A stretch of DNA of 64,000 bases from an uncultured Solirubrobacterales bacterium. GTDB taxonomy: Bacteria > Actinomycetota > Thermoleophilia > Solirubrobacterales > Solirubrobacteraceae. The position numbers were made by a program, and so were the translations under genes. The notes under the pieces are model-generated. The model was not told the origin of the DNA and searched no databases. It worked only from the letters and a program-made list of their open reading frames with translations. Shown here piece after piece: positions 40,109-50,081 of the stretch (positions within the stretch are counted from its first letter, which is position 1; each line of letters opens with the position of its first letter). Where the stretch lies: positions 470,329 through 534,328 of the forward strand of contig CAWFHB010000003.1 in the NCBI GenBank assembly GCA_963815565.1, written 5' to 3'.

Positions 40109-40525
40109 CTAGCCCTCCGCGACGAGGCGCGCGCACCCGCGGAGCAGGTTCTTCTGCGGGTCGATCTCCCGGGCGACGAGCGCGAACTCGGACGCCCGGT
40201 CGTAGACCTGCAGCGGCAGATTCCCGTCCGGAGCAGGACTTCCTCGCCCCAGAAGGACCAGAAGCCGGTAGTTCGCGCCTTCGAGCAGCACGGCCGTGTC
40301 CTCGCCGACCGGGAAGCGTTCGCGCTCCTCCACGGCGCCGGCCTCGAGGTCGGAGCGGACCTGCGCGCCGAGGTCGCCCTCGCTCAGGATCACGCCCGCG
40401 CCCCCGTCGAGCACGCACGTGCGCAGGGCGTCCGGAACCGGGTCGCGGTTGGCCGCGACCACGAGGACGAACCCGACGACCACGACGACGAGCAGGGAAA
40501 GCGCTCCGGCCAGCGCCCACTTCAC
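40109..40525 (-). CDS. Hypothetical membrane-anchored exported protein with a Cys pair
   Basis: GTG overlaps the pgsA stop; N-terminal TM, LRTCV...RGCARL. Confidence 0.7.
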   Translation of the reverse strand: MKWALAGALSLLVVVVVGFVLVVAANRDPVPDALRTCVLDGGAGVILSEGDLGAQVRSDLEAGAVEERERFPVGEDTAVLLEGANYRLLVLLGRGSPAPDGNLPLQVYDRASEFALVAREIDPQKNLLRGCARLVAEG

Positions 40526-41100
40526 GGCGCGGCCACCTCGGCCTCCGCCTTCGCCTCCTCGGCCTCGCGCAGCTGGCGGCGGAGCCCGATGAAGTAGTCC
40601 ACGCCCGAGGCGAGGGTGATCGCGACCGTGAGGTAGACGAGCACGTCGAGCCAGGTCGGGCGCGAGTCGATCGCGATCAGGAAGAAGACGCAGGCGACCT
40701 GCACCGAGGTCTTGACCTTCCCCCACATCGCCGCGCTGACGACGACGCCCTGCTGGGAGGCGGCGATCCGCGTGGCGGTGACGAGGAACTCCCGGCCGAG
40801 GATGACGGTCGCGACCCAGGCCTCGACCCGTTGGAGGGAGACCAGGGCGAGCAGCGCCGCGAGGATCAGGAGCTTGTCGGCGATCGGGTCCATCAGCTTC
40901 CCGAACGTCGTGACGAGATCGTCCCGGCGGGCGAGATAGCCGTCCGCGTAGTCGGTGACGGAGGCGAGCGCGAACACGCAGGCGGCGATCACGTCCCCGT
41001 TCGCGGTCTCCTCGAGCAGCGCGACGACGAGCACGGGGACCAGCAGGATCCGCAGGACGGTGAGCACGTTCGGGGCGTTGAGCTGGGTCACCGGGGCCAC
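40522..41100 (-). CDS. pgsA: CDP-diacylglycerol--glycerol-3-phosphate 3-phosphatidyltransferase
   Basis: [24 protein letters not shown]...[18 protein letters not shown]. Confidence 0.93.
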   Translation of the reverse strand: MAPVTQLNAPNVLTVLRILLVPVLVVALLEETANGDVIAACVFALASVTDYADGYLARRDDLVTTFGKLMDPIADKLLILAALLALVSLQRVEAWVATVILGREFLVTATRIAASQQGVVVSAAMWGKVKTSVQVACVFFLIAIDSRPTWLDVLVYLTVAITLASGVDYFIGLRRQLREAEEAKAEAEVAAP

Positions 41101-41106
41101 ATCGTG

Positions 41107-41967
41107 TCAAGAGTTGACCACGAGGCCGTCGGCTCGGCGCGCGGACCGCGTCACGCCGACGCTCGCGGCGACCACCAGCGCGATGGCGACGACCTGCGAC
41201 GTGCCGAGCGACTGGCCCAGCACGAGGAGCCCGGCGAGGGCCGCCACCCCCGGCTCGAGGCTCATCAGTACCCCGAAGACGTTCGCCGGGATCCGCCGCA
41301 GCGCCTCGAACTCGAGCGAGTACGGGATGACCGAGCTCAGCAGGGCCACCCCGAACCCGATCACGAGCAGGCGCGGGTCGAAGAGCGCGGTGCCGCCGCC
41401 GATCACGCCCGGCACGAGCGGGACGAGCAGCGCGACGATCATCGCGAGCGTGATCCCCGACCCGCCCTCGAAGCTCGGCCCCGCGGCCTGGGCAAGCAGG
41501 ATGTAGGCGCCCCAGAAGACACCGGTGAGCGCGGCGAGCCCGAGGCCGAGGTGGTCGACCGGCGCCCCGCCCGGATCGGTCAGCAGCACGATGCCCACCA
41601 GCGCGAGCGCGGCCCAGAGCAGGTCGCTGCGCCGCTTGGAGGTCAGCACCGCCACGCCGAGCGGCCCGATGAACTCGACGGTGACCGCCACCCCGAGGGG
41701 GAGCCGGTCCAGCGCCAGGTAGAACGTGAAGTTCATGCACCCCAGCACGAGGCCGAAAGCGGCGATGAGCCGCAGCTGCGCCCGGTCGTAGGCGCGCAGA
41801 TCGGGTCGCCAGACCACGGTGAGCAGAAGCGCGCTGAAGAACAGGCGCAGGAGCGTCGCCCCGCTCGGGCCGAGCTCGTCGAAGAGCGTCGTGCCGAGGG
41901 CGGCGCCGAACTGGAGCGAGCCGATGCCCGTGACGACCAGCGCGACGGGCGGGACGCGATCGGTCAT
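41107..41967 (-). CDS. EamA family transporter (RhtA-like threonine/homoserine exporter)
   Basis: SLQFGAALG...[50 protein letters not shown]...FGVLMSLEP. Confidence 0.9.
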   Translation of the reverse strand: MTDRVPPVALVVTGIGSLQFGAALGTTLFDELGPSGATLLRLFFSALLLTVVWRPDLRAYDRAQLRLIAAFGLVLGCMNFTFYLALDRLPLGVAVTVEFIGPLGVAVLTSKRRSDLLWAALALVGIVLLTDPGGAPVDHLGLGLAALTGVFWGAYILLAQAAGPSFEGGSGITLAMIVALLVPLVPGVIGGGTALFDPRLLVIGFGVALLSSVIPYSLEFEALRRIPANVFGVLMSLEPGVAALAGLLVLGQSLGTSQVVAIALVVAASVGVTRSARRADGLVVNS

Positions 41968-42038
41968 CGAGGTGGCAGGAGCGGACACGGCGGGCATCAT
42001 CACACCGTCAGCTCCTCTTTCCCGCGAAAGGCAACCTC

Positions 42039-43022
42039 ATGAAGCGCACCACCCTCGGCCCCGACGGGCCCGACGTCTCCGCCCTTGGCCTCGGCTGCAT
42101 GGGGATGTCCGCGTTCTACGGCGCACGCGACGACGAGGAGTCCCTCCGCACCCTCGACCGCGCCCTCGAGCTCGGCGTGAGCTTCTGGGACACCTCGGAC
42201 ATGTACGGCCCCCACACGAACGAGCGGCTGCTCGCCCGCGTGCTCGAGCGCCGACGCGACGACGTGTTCCTGGCCACGAAGTTCGGGATCAAGCTCGATC
42301 CGGAGGATCCGCGGAAGCGCTCGATCGACGGCACCCCCGACTACGTGCGCTCCGCCTGCGAGGCCTCGCTCGAGCGCCTCGGGACCGACCACATCGATCT
42401 CTATTACCAGCACCGGGTCGACGCGGATACGCCGATCGAGGAGACGGTCGGCGCGATGGCCGAGCTCGTCGAACAGGGGAAGGTCCGCTACCTCGGCCTG
42501 AGCGAGGCGGGCGCCGAGACGATCCGCCGTGCCCACGCCGTGCACCCGATCACCGCGGTGCAGTCCGAGTACTCGCTCTGGTCGCGCGACATCGAGGACG
42601 AGGTCATCCCGACCCTCGTCGAGCTCGGCATCGCGCTCGTGCCCTACTCGCCGCTCGGCCGTGGCTTCCTGAGCGGGGAGATCCGCTCGCTCGACGATCT
42701 CGACGAGGACGACTACCGGCGCTTCTCGCCCCGCTTCCAAGGCGACAACTTCGAGAAGAACCTCGCGGTCGTGGACGCGGTCAGGAGTCTGGCCGACGAG
42801 AAGGGCGTGACCGCCTCCCAGCTCGCGCTCGCCTGGGTCATGGCGCAGGGGGAGCACGTCGTGCCGATCCCGGGGACCAAGCGCGTCAAGTACCTGGAGG
42901 AGAACGCCGCGGCGGCCGAGGTCGAGCTCACCCCGGCCGAGCTCGCCCGCATCGCGGACACGCTCCCGCAGCCCGAGGGCGACCGCTACGACGCGACCGG
43001 GATGCGCCTGGTCAACGGCTGA
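42039..43022 (+). CDS. Aldo/keto reductase
   Basis: [59 protein letters not shown]. Confidence 0.95.
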   Translation: MKRTTLGPDGPDVSALGLGCMGMSAFYGARDDEESLRTLDRALELGVSFWDTSDMYGPHTNERLLARVLERRRDDVFLATKFGIKLDPEDPRKRSIDGTPDYVRSACEASLERLGTDHIDLYYQHRVDADTPIEETVGAMAELVEQGKVRYLGLSEAGAETIRRAHAVHPITAVQSEYSLWSRDIEDEVIPTLVELGIALVPYSPLGRGFLSGEIRSLDDLDEDDYRRFSPRFQGDNFEKNLAVVDAVRSLADEKGVTASQLALAWVMAQGEHVVPIPGTKRVKYLEENAAAAEVELTPAELARIADTLPQPEGDRYDATGMRLVNG

Positions 43023-43079
43023 GGCTCCGGGCCGGCAGCACCCCGCGCGGGCTGCCGCCGCGCCTGACAGGATCCCGTG

Positions 43080-43817
43080 ATGGCCGAGCTCAAGCTGCCC
43101 GACGGCATCAAGGCGTGTCTCTTCGACATGGACGGGGTGCTCACGCGCACCGCCTCCGTGCACGCCAAGGCGTGGAAGGAGGCCTTCGACGCGTTCCTCG
43201 AGCGGCGGGACGGCGAGGGCTACACGCCCTTCGACATCGAGCGCGACTACACCGCGTACGTGGACGGCAAGCCGCGCGAGGCCGGCGTCCGCGACTTCCT
43301 CGCCTCCCGCGACATCGAGCTGCCCGAGGGTTCGGACGACGACGGTGCCGACGCGGACTCGATCACCGGGATCGGGAACGCGAAGAACGACAAGCTGCTG
43401 GAGGTTCTGGAGCGCGACGGCGTCGACGTGTTCGAGCCTTCGATCGACTTCGTGCGCGCCGCACGCGCGCAGGGGCTGCGGACCGGGGTGGTGTCCTCCA
43501 GCAAGAACACGACGGCGGCGCTCGAGGCGGCGGGCATCCGTGACCTCTTCGAGGCGCAGGTCGACGGGAACACGCTCAACGACGAGGGCATCCGCGGGAA
43601 GCCCGCACCCGACGCGTTCCTGCTGGCGGCCGAGCGCCTCGGGATCGCCGCGAGCGCCACGGCAGTCTTCGAGGACGCGATCAGCGGCGTGCAGGCCGGT
43701 CGGGCCGGCGGGTTCGGCTATGTCGTGGGCGTCGACCAGGCCGGGCAGGCGGACGCACTGCGCGAACACGGCGCGGACGTCGTGGTCAGCGAGGATCTCG
43801 GGGAGCTGATGGCGTGA
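43080..43817 (+). CDS. HAD-family beta-phosphoglucomutase-like hydrolase
   Basis: LFDMDGVLT, YVDGKPR, VVSSSKN, GKPAPDAF, VFEDAISGVQAG. Confidence 0.9.
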   Translation: MAELKLPDGIKACLFDMDGVLTRTASVHAKAWKEAFDAFLERRDGEGYTPFDIERDYTAYVDGKPREAGVRDFLASRDIELPEGSDDDGADADSITGIGNAKNDKLLEVLERDGVDVFEPSIDFVRAARAQGLRTGVVSSSKNTTAALEAAGIRDLFEAQVDGNTLNDEGIRGKPAPDAFLLAAERLGIAASATAVFEDAISGVQAGRAGGFGYVVGVDQAGQADALREHGADVVVSEDLGELMA

Positions 43818-46221
43818 GCAACGGGGCGCTGGACGACAACGCCGGGACGAGCGCGAACGGCTCGGCCGGCGAGATCAACGACCAGTGGCCCGTCGAGCCG
43901 TGGTGTCTGCGCGAGCCGGAGCTCGACCTCGAGGAGCTCGCGCGCGCGGAGTCCGTCTTCGCGCTCTCCAACGGCCACCTCGGCCTGCGCGGCAACCTCG
44001 ACGAGGGCGAGCCGCGCGGCGTCTCCGGGACCTACGTCAACGGCTTCTACGAGTCCTACCCGCTCGAGTACGGGGAGTCCGGTTACGGCTTCGCGGAGGA
44101 CGGCCAGGTCGTGGTCAACGTGCAGGACGGCAAGGTCATCCACCTGATGCTCGAGGACGAGCCGGTGGACGTCCTGCGCGGCGAGGTGCTCGAGCACGAG
44201 CGGGTGCTCGACTTCCGGACCGGCACGCTCGACCGCCGGATGCACTACCGCTCGACCTACGGGCGCGAGGTGAAGATCCGCACGCGGCGCCTGGTCTCCT
44301 TCGTCCAGCGTTCGGTGGCCGCGATCGAGTACGAGATCGAGGCGGTGGGCCAGCCGATGCGCATCGCGCTGCAGTCGAACCTCATCGCGAACATGCCCGC
44401 GACGGCCGAGGGTGGTGACCCGCGCAAGGGCAAGAACCTCGGGACCGTGCTCGAGTCCCGCTTCGCGAACGGGCACAAGCTCCGCGGGATCCTCGTGCAC
44501 GCGACGTCGGCCAGCGGGCTCGTGTGCGCCTCCGGGATGGAGCACGTGATCGACGAGAACGGCCACGAGCTCCACACCGACATCTACTACGAGGACGACA
44601 AGGCGCGCGTCACGATCTCCGCCGAGATCGAGCCCGGCAAGCCGCTCCGCTTCGTGAAGTTCATGGCCTACCACTGGAGCTCCCGGCAGTCCCCGGAGTT
44701 CCTGCGCGACCAGGTCGCTGCCAGCCTCGCCAACGCCTGCGCGGAGGGCTGGGAGGGCCTGCTCGCCGACCAGGAGGAGGCGCTCGACTGGTTCTGGTCG
44801 CGGGCCGACATCACCGTCGAGGGCGATCCCGCGGTGCAGCAGGCCCTGCGCTTCTCGCTGTTCCACCTCTTCCAGGCGGGCGCGCGGATCGAGGGCCGCG
44901 CGATTCCCGCCAAGGGTCTCACCGGCCCCGGGTACGACGGGCACGCCTTCTGGGACACCGAGACCTTCGTGCTTCCGGTGCTCACCTACCTGCTGCCGGA
45001 TGTCGTGCGACACGCGCTGGTCTGGCGCCACTCGATCCTCCCCCAGGCCGACTCGCGCTCGGCGCTCTTCGGGATGGAGGGTGCGCTCATGCCCTGGCGC
45101 ACGATCCACGGCGAGGAGTGCTCGGGCTACTGGCCCGCGGGCTCGGCGGCGCTGCACATCAACGGGGACATCGCCGACGCGGTGCGCCGCTACGTGGAGG
45201 CCACGGGGGACACGACCTTCGAGGCCAACGAGGGCGGCGAGCTCCTCGCCTCGACGGCCCGGCTGTGGATGAGCGCCGGCAGCTACGACCGCGACAAGGT
45301 CTTCCGGATCGACGGCGTCACCGGGCCGGACGAGTACTCGGCGCTGGTCGACAACAACACGTTCACGAACCTCGGCGCCCAGGCGAACCTGCGCGCGGCC
45401 GCCGAGGCCGTCGACGCGCACGACGAGCTCGCGGAGCGGCTCGGGGTCACCCCCGAGGAGGCCCAGCAGTGGCGCGCCGCCGCGCACGCGATGCACATCC
45501 CCTACGACGAGGCCGTCGGCATCCACCCGCAGGATCAGGACTTCCTGCTCCACCAGCCGTGGGACTTCGAGGGCACGAGCCGCTCGAGCAGTACCCGCTG
45601 CTCCTGCACTTCCCCTACTTCCAGCTCTACCGCACCCAGGTCATCAAGCAGGCCGACCTCGTGCTCGCCATGCACCTCTACGGCGACGCGTTCACGCCCG
45701 AGCAGAAGCGGCGGAACTTCGACTACTACGAGGGGCTCACGGTCCGCGACTCGTCGCTCTCGGCTTGCACGCAGGCGATCATGGCCGCCGAGGTCGGGCA
45801 CATGGAACTCGCGCACGACTACCTGCGCGAGGCCGCCTTCGTCGACCTCCACAACCTCCACCACAACACGGGCGACGGGCTGCACATCGCCTCGTTGGCG
45901 GGCGCGGTGCTCGCCGTCACGAACGGGTACGGCGGGATGCGGGACTCCGGCGGGCAGATCCGCTTCTGCCCCCGCCTGCCGCGCGGGGTCGGGGAGGTCT
46001 GCTTCGCGGTCTGCATCCGCGGCTCCCTGCTGCGGGTCACGATCAACCAGGACGAGGCTCGATACGAGGTCGAGGAGGGGTCGCCGCTCGACCTCCTGCA
46101 CTGGGGCGAGGAGGTGCACGTGACCAAGAGCAAGCCGGTGACGTTGGCCACCCCGGAGGTCGAGGATCTCCCGCGTCCGGCCCAGCCCTTCGGGCGCGAG
46201 CCCGCGCGGCACACGGGCTAG
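43814..46221 (+). CDS. Glycoside hydrolase family 65 phosphorylase (trehalose/maltose/kojibiose type), one frameshift near 45585
   Basis: ESVFALSNGHLGLRG, IPAKGLTGPGYDGHAFWDTE, GVTGPDEY, then QVIKQADL...DSSLS in ORF 44524-46221. Confidence 0.92.
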
Positions 46222-46230
46222 GCTCCGCCC

Positions 46231-46812
46231 ATGCCTCTCGTTCCGATGGTCATCGAGCGCTCCGCCCGTGGAGAGCGCGAGTTCGACATCTTCTCCCGCC
46301 TGCTCAACGAGCGGATCATCTTCCTCGGCTCGCCCGTGGACGACCAGGTCGCGAACCTCATCGTGGCGCAGCTCCTGCACCTCGAGAGCTCGGACCCGGA
46401 CAAGGACATCTCGATCTACATCAACACCCCCGGCGGCTCGATCACCGCGGGACTCGCGGTGTACGACACGATGAACTTCATCAAGCCCGACGTCGCGACG
46501 ATCTGCTGCGGCATCGCCATGTCGATGGGGTCGCTGCTGCTCGCGGGCGGCGCGCCCGGCAAGCGGATGGCGCTGCCGAACTCGCGCATCCTCATCCACC
46601 AGCCCTCGGCCGGCTTCGAGGGCCAGGCCAGCGACATCCAGATCCACGCGCGGGAGGTCCTCAAGACCCGCAAGGTCGTCGACGAGATCTACGCGAAGCA
46701 CACGGGACGCCCCGAGGAGGAGGTCCACAAGGCGATGGAGCGCGACCGCTTCTTCAAGTCCGAGGAGGCCAAGGAGTGGGGCCTCATCGACCGGGTGCTC
46801 ACCTCCCACTGA
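46231..46812 (+). CDS. clpP: ATP-dependent Clp protease proteolytic subunit
   Basis: [32 protein letters not shown] (Ser), ILIHQPS (His), GQASDI, MERDRF; TAGGCT 6 nt upstream. Confidence 0.96.
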   Translation: MPLVPMVIERSARGEREFDIFSRLLNERIIFLGSPVDDQVANLIVAQLLHLESSDPDKDISIYINTPGGSITAGLAVYDTMNFIKPDVATICCGIAMSMGSLLLAGGAPGKRMALPNSRILIHQPSAGFEGQASDIQIHAREVLKTRKVVDEIYAKHTGRPEEEVHKAMERDRFFKSEEAKEWGLIDRVLTSH

Positions 46813-46821
46813 CCGCCGGGG

Positions 46822-47532
46822 TCAGCCTGGCGGGGTGATCCTCACCAGGCGGGCCCGCGCGTTGCCGTCCGCGTCCCGGGCTCCGGGCGCGACGAGCCCC
46901 TCCACGACGAGCCGGCGCCCGAGCTGAATCGTGGCGTCGATCTCCTCCTCGCTGAGCGCGAGCCGATCGGTGCGCAGCCCGAGGGCGACCACGCCGTTCC
47001 AGCCGCCCCACAGGAAGCGCGAGAGCTGGTGCGCGTCGACCTCCGCCCGCACCTCGCCGTTGTCGATCGCCGCCTGGATCGTTGCGCAGAAGGCGTCGAT
47101 GATCGCCGTGAGCCGGGTGGTGATCCCGGCGGCCAGTGCGTCGTCGGCGATCGGGGATCCGACCTCGACGCCGTCGAAGGCGAGGAAGCGGAAGGCGCCG
47201 GGGTGCTCGAGGTGGAAGCGCAGGTAGCCCTCACCGGCCGCCATGACCTGCTCGAGCGGCGTGTCGCCCGCCTCGTAGGCGGCGGCCATGTACCGGCCGA
47301 AGAGCTCGACGGCCCGCTCGGCGAGCGCGTGGTAGAGGCCGTCCTTGTCGCCGAAGTGGTTGTAGATCGAGCCGATGGAGACCTCCGCGCTCGCCGCGAT
47401 GTCCTCCATCCGCGTCGCCCGGTAGCCGTTGACCCTGATCGCCTGCTCGGCGGCGTCGAGGATCGCGGCGCGGGTGCGTGCGGCGCGGCGGGCGCCGCGG
47501 GCGGGGGTGGATTCGGTGGGCGGCGGCTCCAT
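46822..47532 (-). CDS. TetR/AcrR family transcriptional regulator
   Basis: TRAAILDAAEQ...GYRATRMEDIAASAEVSIGSIYNHFGDKDGLY; divergent from the oxidoreductase operon. Confidence 0.92.
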   Translation of the reverse strand: MEPPPTESTPARGARRAARTRAAILDAAEQAIRVNGYRATRMEDIAASAEVSIGSIYNHFGDKDGLYHALAERAVELFGRYMAAAYEAGDTPLEQVMAAGEGYLRFHLEHPGAFRFLAFDGVEVGSPIADDALAAGITTRLTAIIDAFCATIQAAIDNGEVRAEVDAHQLSRFLWGGWNGVVALGLRTDRLALSEEEIDATIQLGRRLVVEGLVAPGARDADGNARARLVRITPPG

Positions 47533-47580
47533 AGTTAGAAGACAGTTGCAAGTATACGCCCGGTGTGGGAGGCTCGCACC

Positions 47581-49041
47581 GTGCCCCTCCATGATGTCGT
47601 GATCGTCGGTGCCCGCTGTGCCGGTGCCACCGCAGCCGCCGAGCTCGCCCGCTCCGGGCTCGACGTCGTCGTCCTCGACCGGGCGCGCTTCCCCTCGGAC
47701 ACGCTCTCCACGCACGTGCTCTTCGGGGGCGGGATCGAGGAGCTCAAGCACATGGGAGCGTTCGAGAAGGTCCTGGAGCACGACCCGTCGTTCATGCGCA
47801 CGCTCGACATCCACTTCGACAACGAGGTGCACGTGAGCGAGAAGTGGGGAGCCGCCGGCAAGACGGACTACGTCATGTGCATCCCCCGGCCGATCCAGGA
47901 CGAGATCCTCGTGGAGACGGCGCGTGAGCACGGCGCCGACGTCCGCGAGGGCTGGGAGTTCGTGGACGTGCTGTGGCGGGGCGGACGCGTCTGCGGGGTG
48001 CGGGCCAAGGACCCCGACGGGGAGCTCCACGAGCTCGGTGCGAAGCTCGTCATCGGCGCCGACGGGCGCAGGTCCACGGTCGCCGCGCGCGTGGGCGCCT
48101 GGAACCCGTACCGGGCTTCGAAGAACGGGCGCGGGCTCGTGTTCCGGTACGTCGACGACCCGCACGTGGGAACGCCGCTCAACGAGACGCTCTCGCAGTG
48201 GCGCGACGGCGACTCCTTCTGCATGACGTTCCCGAGCGCCCCGCGGCCGCGCATGATCGCCCTGGTGATGGGGCCGGCCAGCGACGTGGCCCGCGCCCGC
48301 AAGGATCCCGACGGGGTGTGGGACGAGTTCCTGCGGCGCCACCCGGGCTTCGCGGAGCGCATCGCCGGCGGGACGAACCTGTCGAAGCTCCGTTCCACCG
48401 CCGACGTCCCCGCGTACTTCCGGGCCTCCAGCGGCCCCGGCTGGGCGCTGGCCGGGGACGCGGGGCACTTCAAGGACCCCGTGATCGGCAACGGGCAGCG
48501 AGACGCGATGTGGATGGGCCGCTCGCTCGGCGCCCGCGCCGCGGCGGCGATCGGGAACCCGGAGAGCCTCGACGCCGCGCTCCGGCGCTGGGAGCAGGAG
48601 CGCGACGAGGAGTGCTTGTCGGTCTACCACTTCGCGAACTCGGAGACGCGCATCCAGCCACAGTCCCCCGTGCTCGTGCAGCTCGCCCGGCGCGCGGCCG
48701 GCGGGGTCGGCGACCCGGACCTGGGCGACATCTTCCAGCGGGTGCGTGACCAGCAGGAGGTGCTGCCCCTCACACGGATGGCCGGCGGGTTCGCCGGCGC
48801 CCTGGCCCACGCCGCGCGCCACACGCCCCGTCGGGTCCCGGCGACGCTGCGAGGAGGGCTCGACGACCTGCGGGTGGATCTGCAGATCCGCGCCGAGACC
48901 CGGGCCAAGCGCTTCCGCAGCACCCGCACGGTGACCGGCTCCGAGCACCCGGGCTGGAGCTGGCCCGCGCCCCCGAAGCGCCCTGCGGCACCGGTCGTGG
49001 AGCACCGCACCGAAGCGCCGGCGCTGTCGGTGCTCGCATGA
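47581..49041 (+). CDS. FAD-dependent oxidoreductase/monooxygenase (geranylgeranyl-reductase-like)
   Basis: DVVIVGARCAG...LDRARFPSDTLSTH, LVIGADGRRS, WALAGDAGHFKDP. Confidence 0.88.
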   Translation: MPLHDVVIVGARCAGATAAAELARSGLDVVVLDRARFPSDTLSTHVLFGGGIEELKHMGAFEKVLEHDPSFMRTLDIHFDNEVHVSEKWGAAGKTDYVMCIPRPIQDEILVETAREHGADVREGWEFVDVLWRGGRVCGVRAKDPDGELHELGAKLVIGADGRRSTVAARVGAWNPYRASKNGRGLVFRYVDDPHVGTPLNETLSQWRDGDSFCMTFPSAPRPRMIALVMGPASDVARARKDPDGVWDEFLRRHPGFAERIAGGTNLSKLRSTADVPAYFRASSGPGWALAGDAGHFKDPVIGNGQRDAMWMGRSLGARAAAAIGNPESLDAALRRWEQERDEECLSVYHFANSETRIQPQSPVLVQLARRAAGGVGDPDLGDIFQRVRDQQEVLPLTRMAGGFAGALAHAARHTPRRVPATLRGGLDDLRVDLQIRAETRAKRFRSTRTVTGSEHPGWSWPAPPKRPAAPVVEHRTEAPALSVLA

Positions 49042-50081
49042 GCTCGCGTACGCCCGTCCGGGTCGCCGCGGTCCAGGCCCACCTGGCGCTCGGCGAGGTC
49101 GAGCGCAACCTCGTCCACCTGGAGGACCTGATCCGCGACGCGCACCGCGCGCACGCCCCGCAGCTCATCGTCGTCCCCGAGGCGTGCACCTCGCCGAACG
49201 TCTTCGCCGCGGAGCTGCGCGGCGTCGCGCGTCCGGTCGACGGTGCGGCCTTCCAGCTGCTCACCCGGCTCGCCCGGGAGCTCGACGTCGTCGTGGCCGG
49301 CGGGGCGCTCTCGCGCCGCGGGAAGGACACCTACGGCACGTTTCTCGTGGCCGAGCCCGACGGCCGCGCGCACCTCCACGACAAGGACATCCCGACCGCC
49401 TGGGAGAACCACTACTACCGCGGCGGGGACGACGACGGGCGCGCCCACTTGACCGCGCTCGGGCTCGACCTCGGGATGGCGTCGGGCTGGGAGTGGGCCC
49501 GCCACCGGACCGCGCGGCGGCTCCGCGGGGTCGACCTCGTGCTCGGCGGCATGTGCTGGCCGTCGTTCCCGCTGAACTGGACGGCCCCGGGCCTCGCCTG
49601 GTGGGTCCGGCGCGAGCACGCGATCTGGCGGCGCCAGTGCCGCGAGCTCCCTGGGCAGTTCGCGCGGCTCGTGGGCGCGCCGGTCGTCCACGCGGCCCAC
49701 GTCGGCCCGGTGGACGCCCGGTTCCCCGCGGTACCGGCGATCCCGTGGCGGACGCAGATGCTCGGCGAGACGCAGATCTGCGCGGCCGACGGCACGGTGC
49801 TCGCCCGACGCTCGCTCGAGGAGGGCGAGGGCCACATCTTCGCCGAGGTCCAGCCAGGATCCGTCGCCCCGCTCGACGAGGTCAGCGACCGCTTCTGGAT
49901 CCCGGTCATGACCGCCTCGACCCAGGCGGCCTGGCACGTCATGAACGCCCAGGGCCGGCTCGACTACACCCTGAAGAAGCTCCGCCGGCGGCACGAGTGG
50001 CAGTCCTGGCCGGCGGGCGATCTCCCCGACGAGCTCCCCCCGGTCACCGGGGACGAGCAGCACTTCGCCACGACGCGTTAG
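49038..50081 (+). CDS. Carbon-nitrogen hydrolase (nitrilase-fold) family protein with an atypical nucleophile site
   Basis: VAAVQ, VVPEA (Glu), HDKDIP (Lys), GMASGWE where GxxICWE is expected; ATGA overlap with the upstream gene. Confidence 0.85.
   Translation: MSSRTPVRVAAVQAHLALGEVERNLVHLEDLIRDAHRAHAPQLIVVPEACTSPNVFAAELRGVARPVDGAAFQLLTRLARELDVVVAGGALSRRGKDTYGTFLVAEPDGRAHLHDKDIPTAWENHYYRGGDDDGRAHLTALGLDLGMASGWEWARHRTARRLRGVDLVLGGMCWPSFPLNWTAPGLAWWVRREHAIWRRQCRELPGQFARLVGAPVVHAAHVGPVDARFPAVPAIPWRTQMLGETQICAADGTVLARRSLEEGEGHIFAEVQPGSVAPLDEVSDRFWIPVMTASTQAAWHVMNAQGRLDYTLKKLRRRHEWQSWPAGDLPDELPPVTGDEQHFATTR

Noticed and set aside
45580-45600. Programmed ribosomal frameshifting in GH65 and other split genes
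   Set aside because: No slippery sequence or stimulatory structure noticed, no precedent known to me in these families, and indels are widespread in the window
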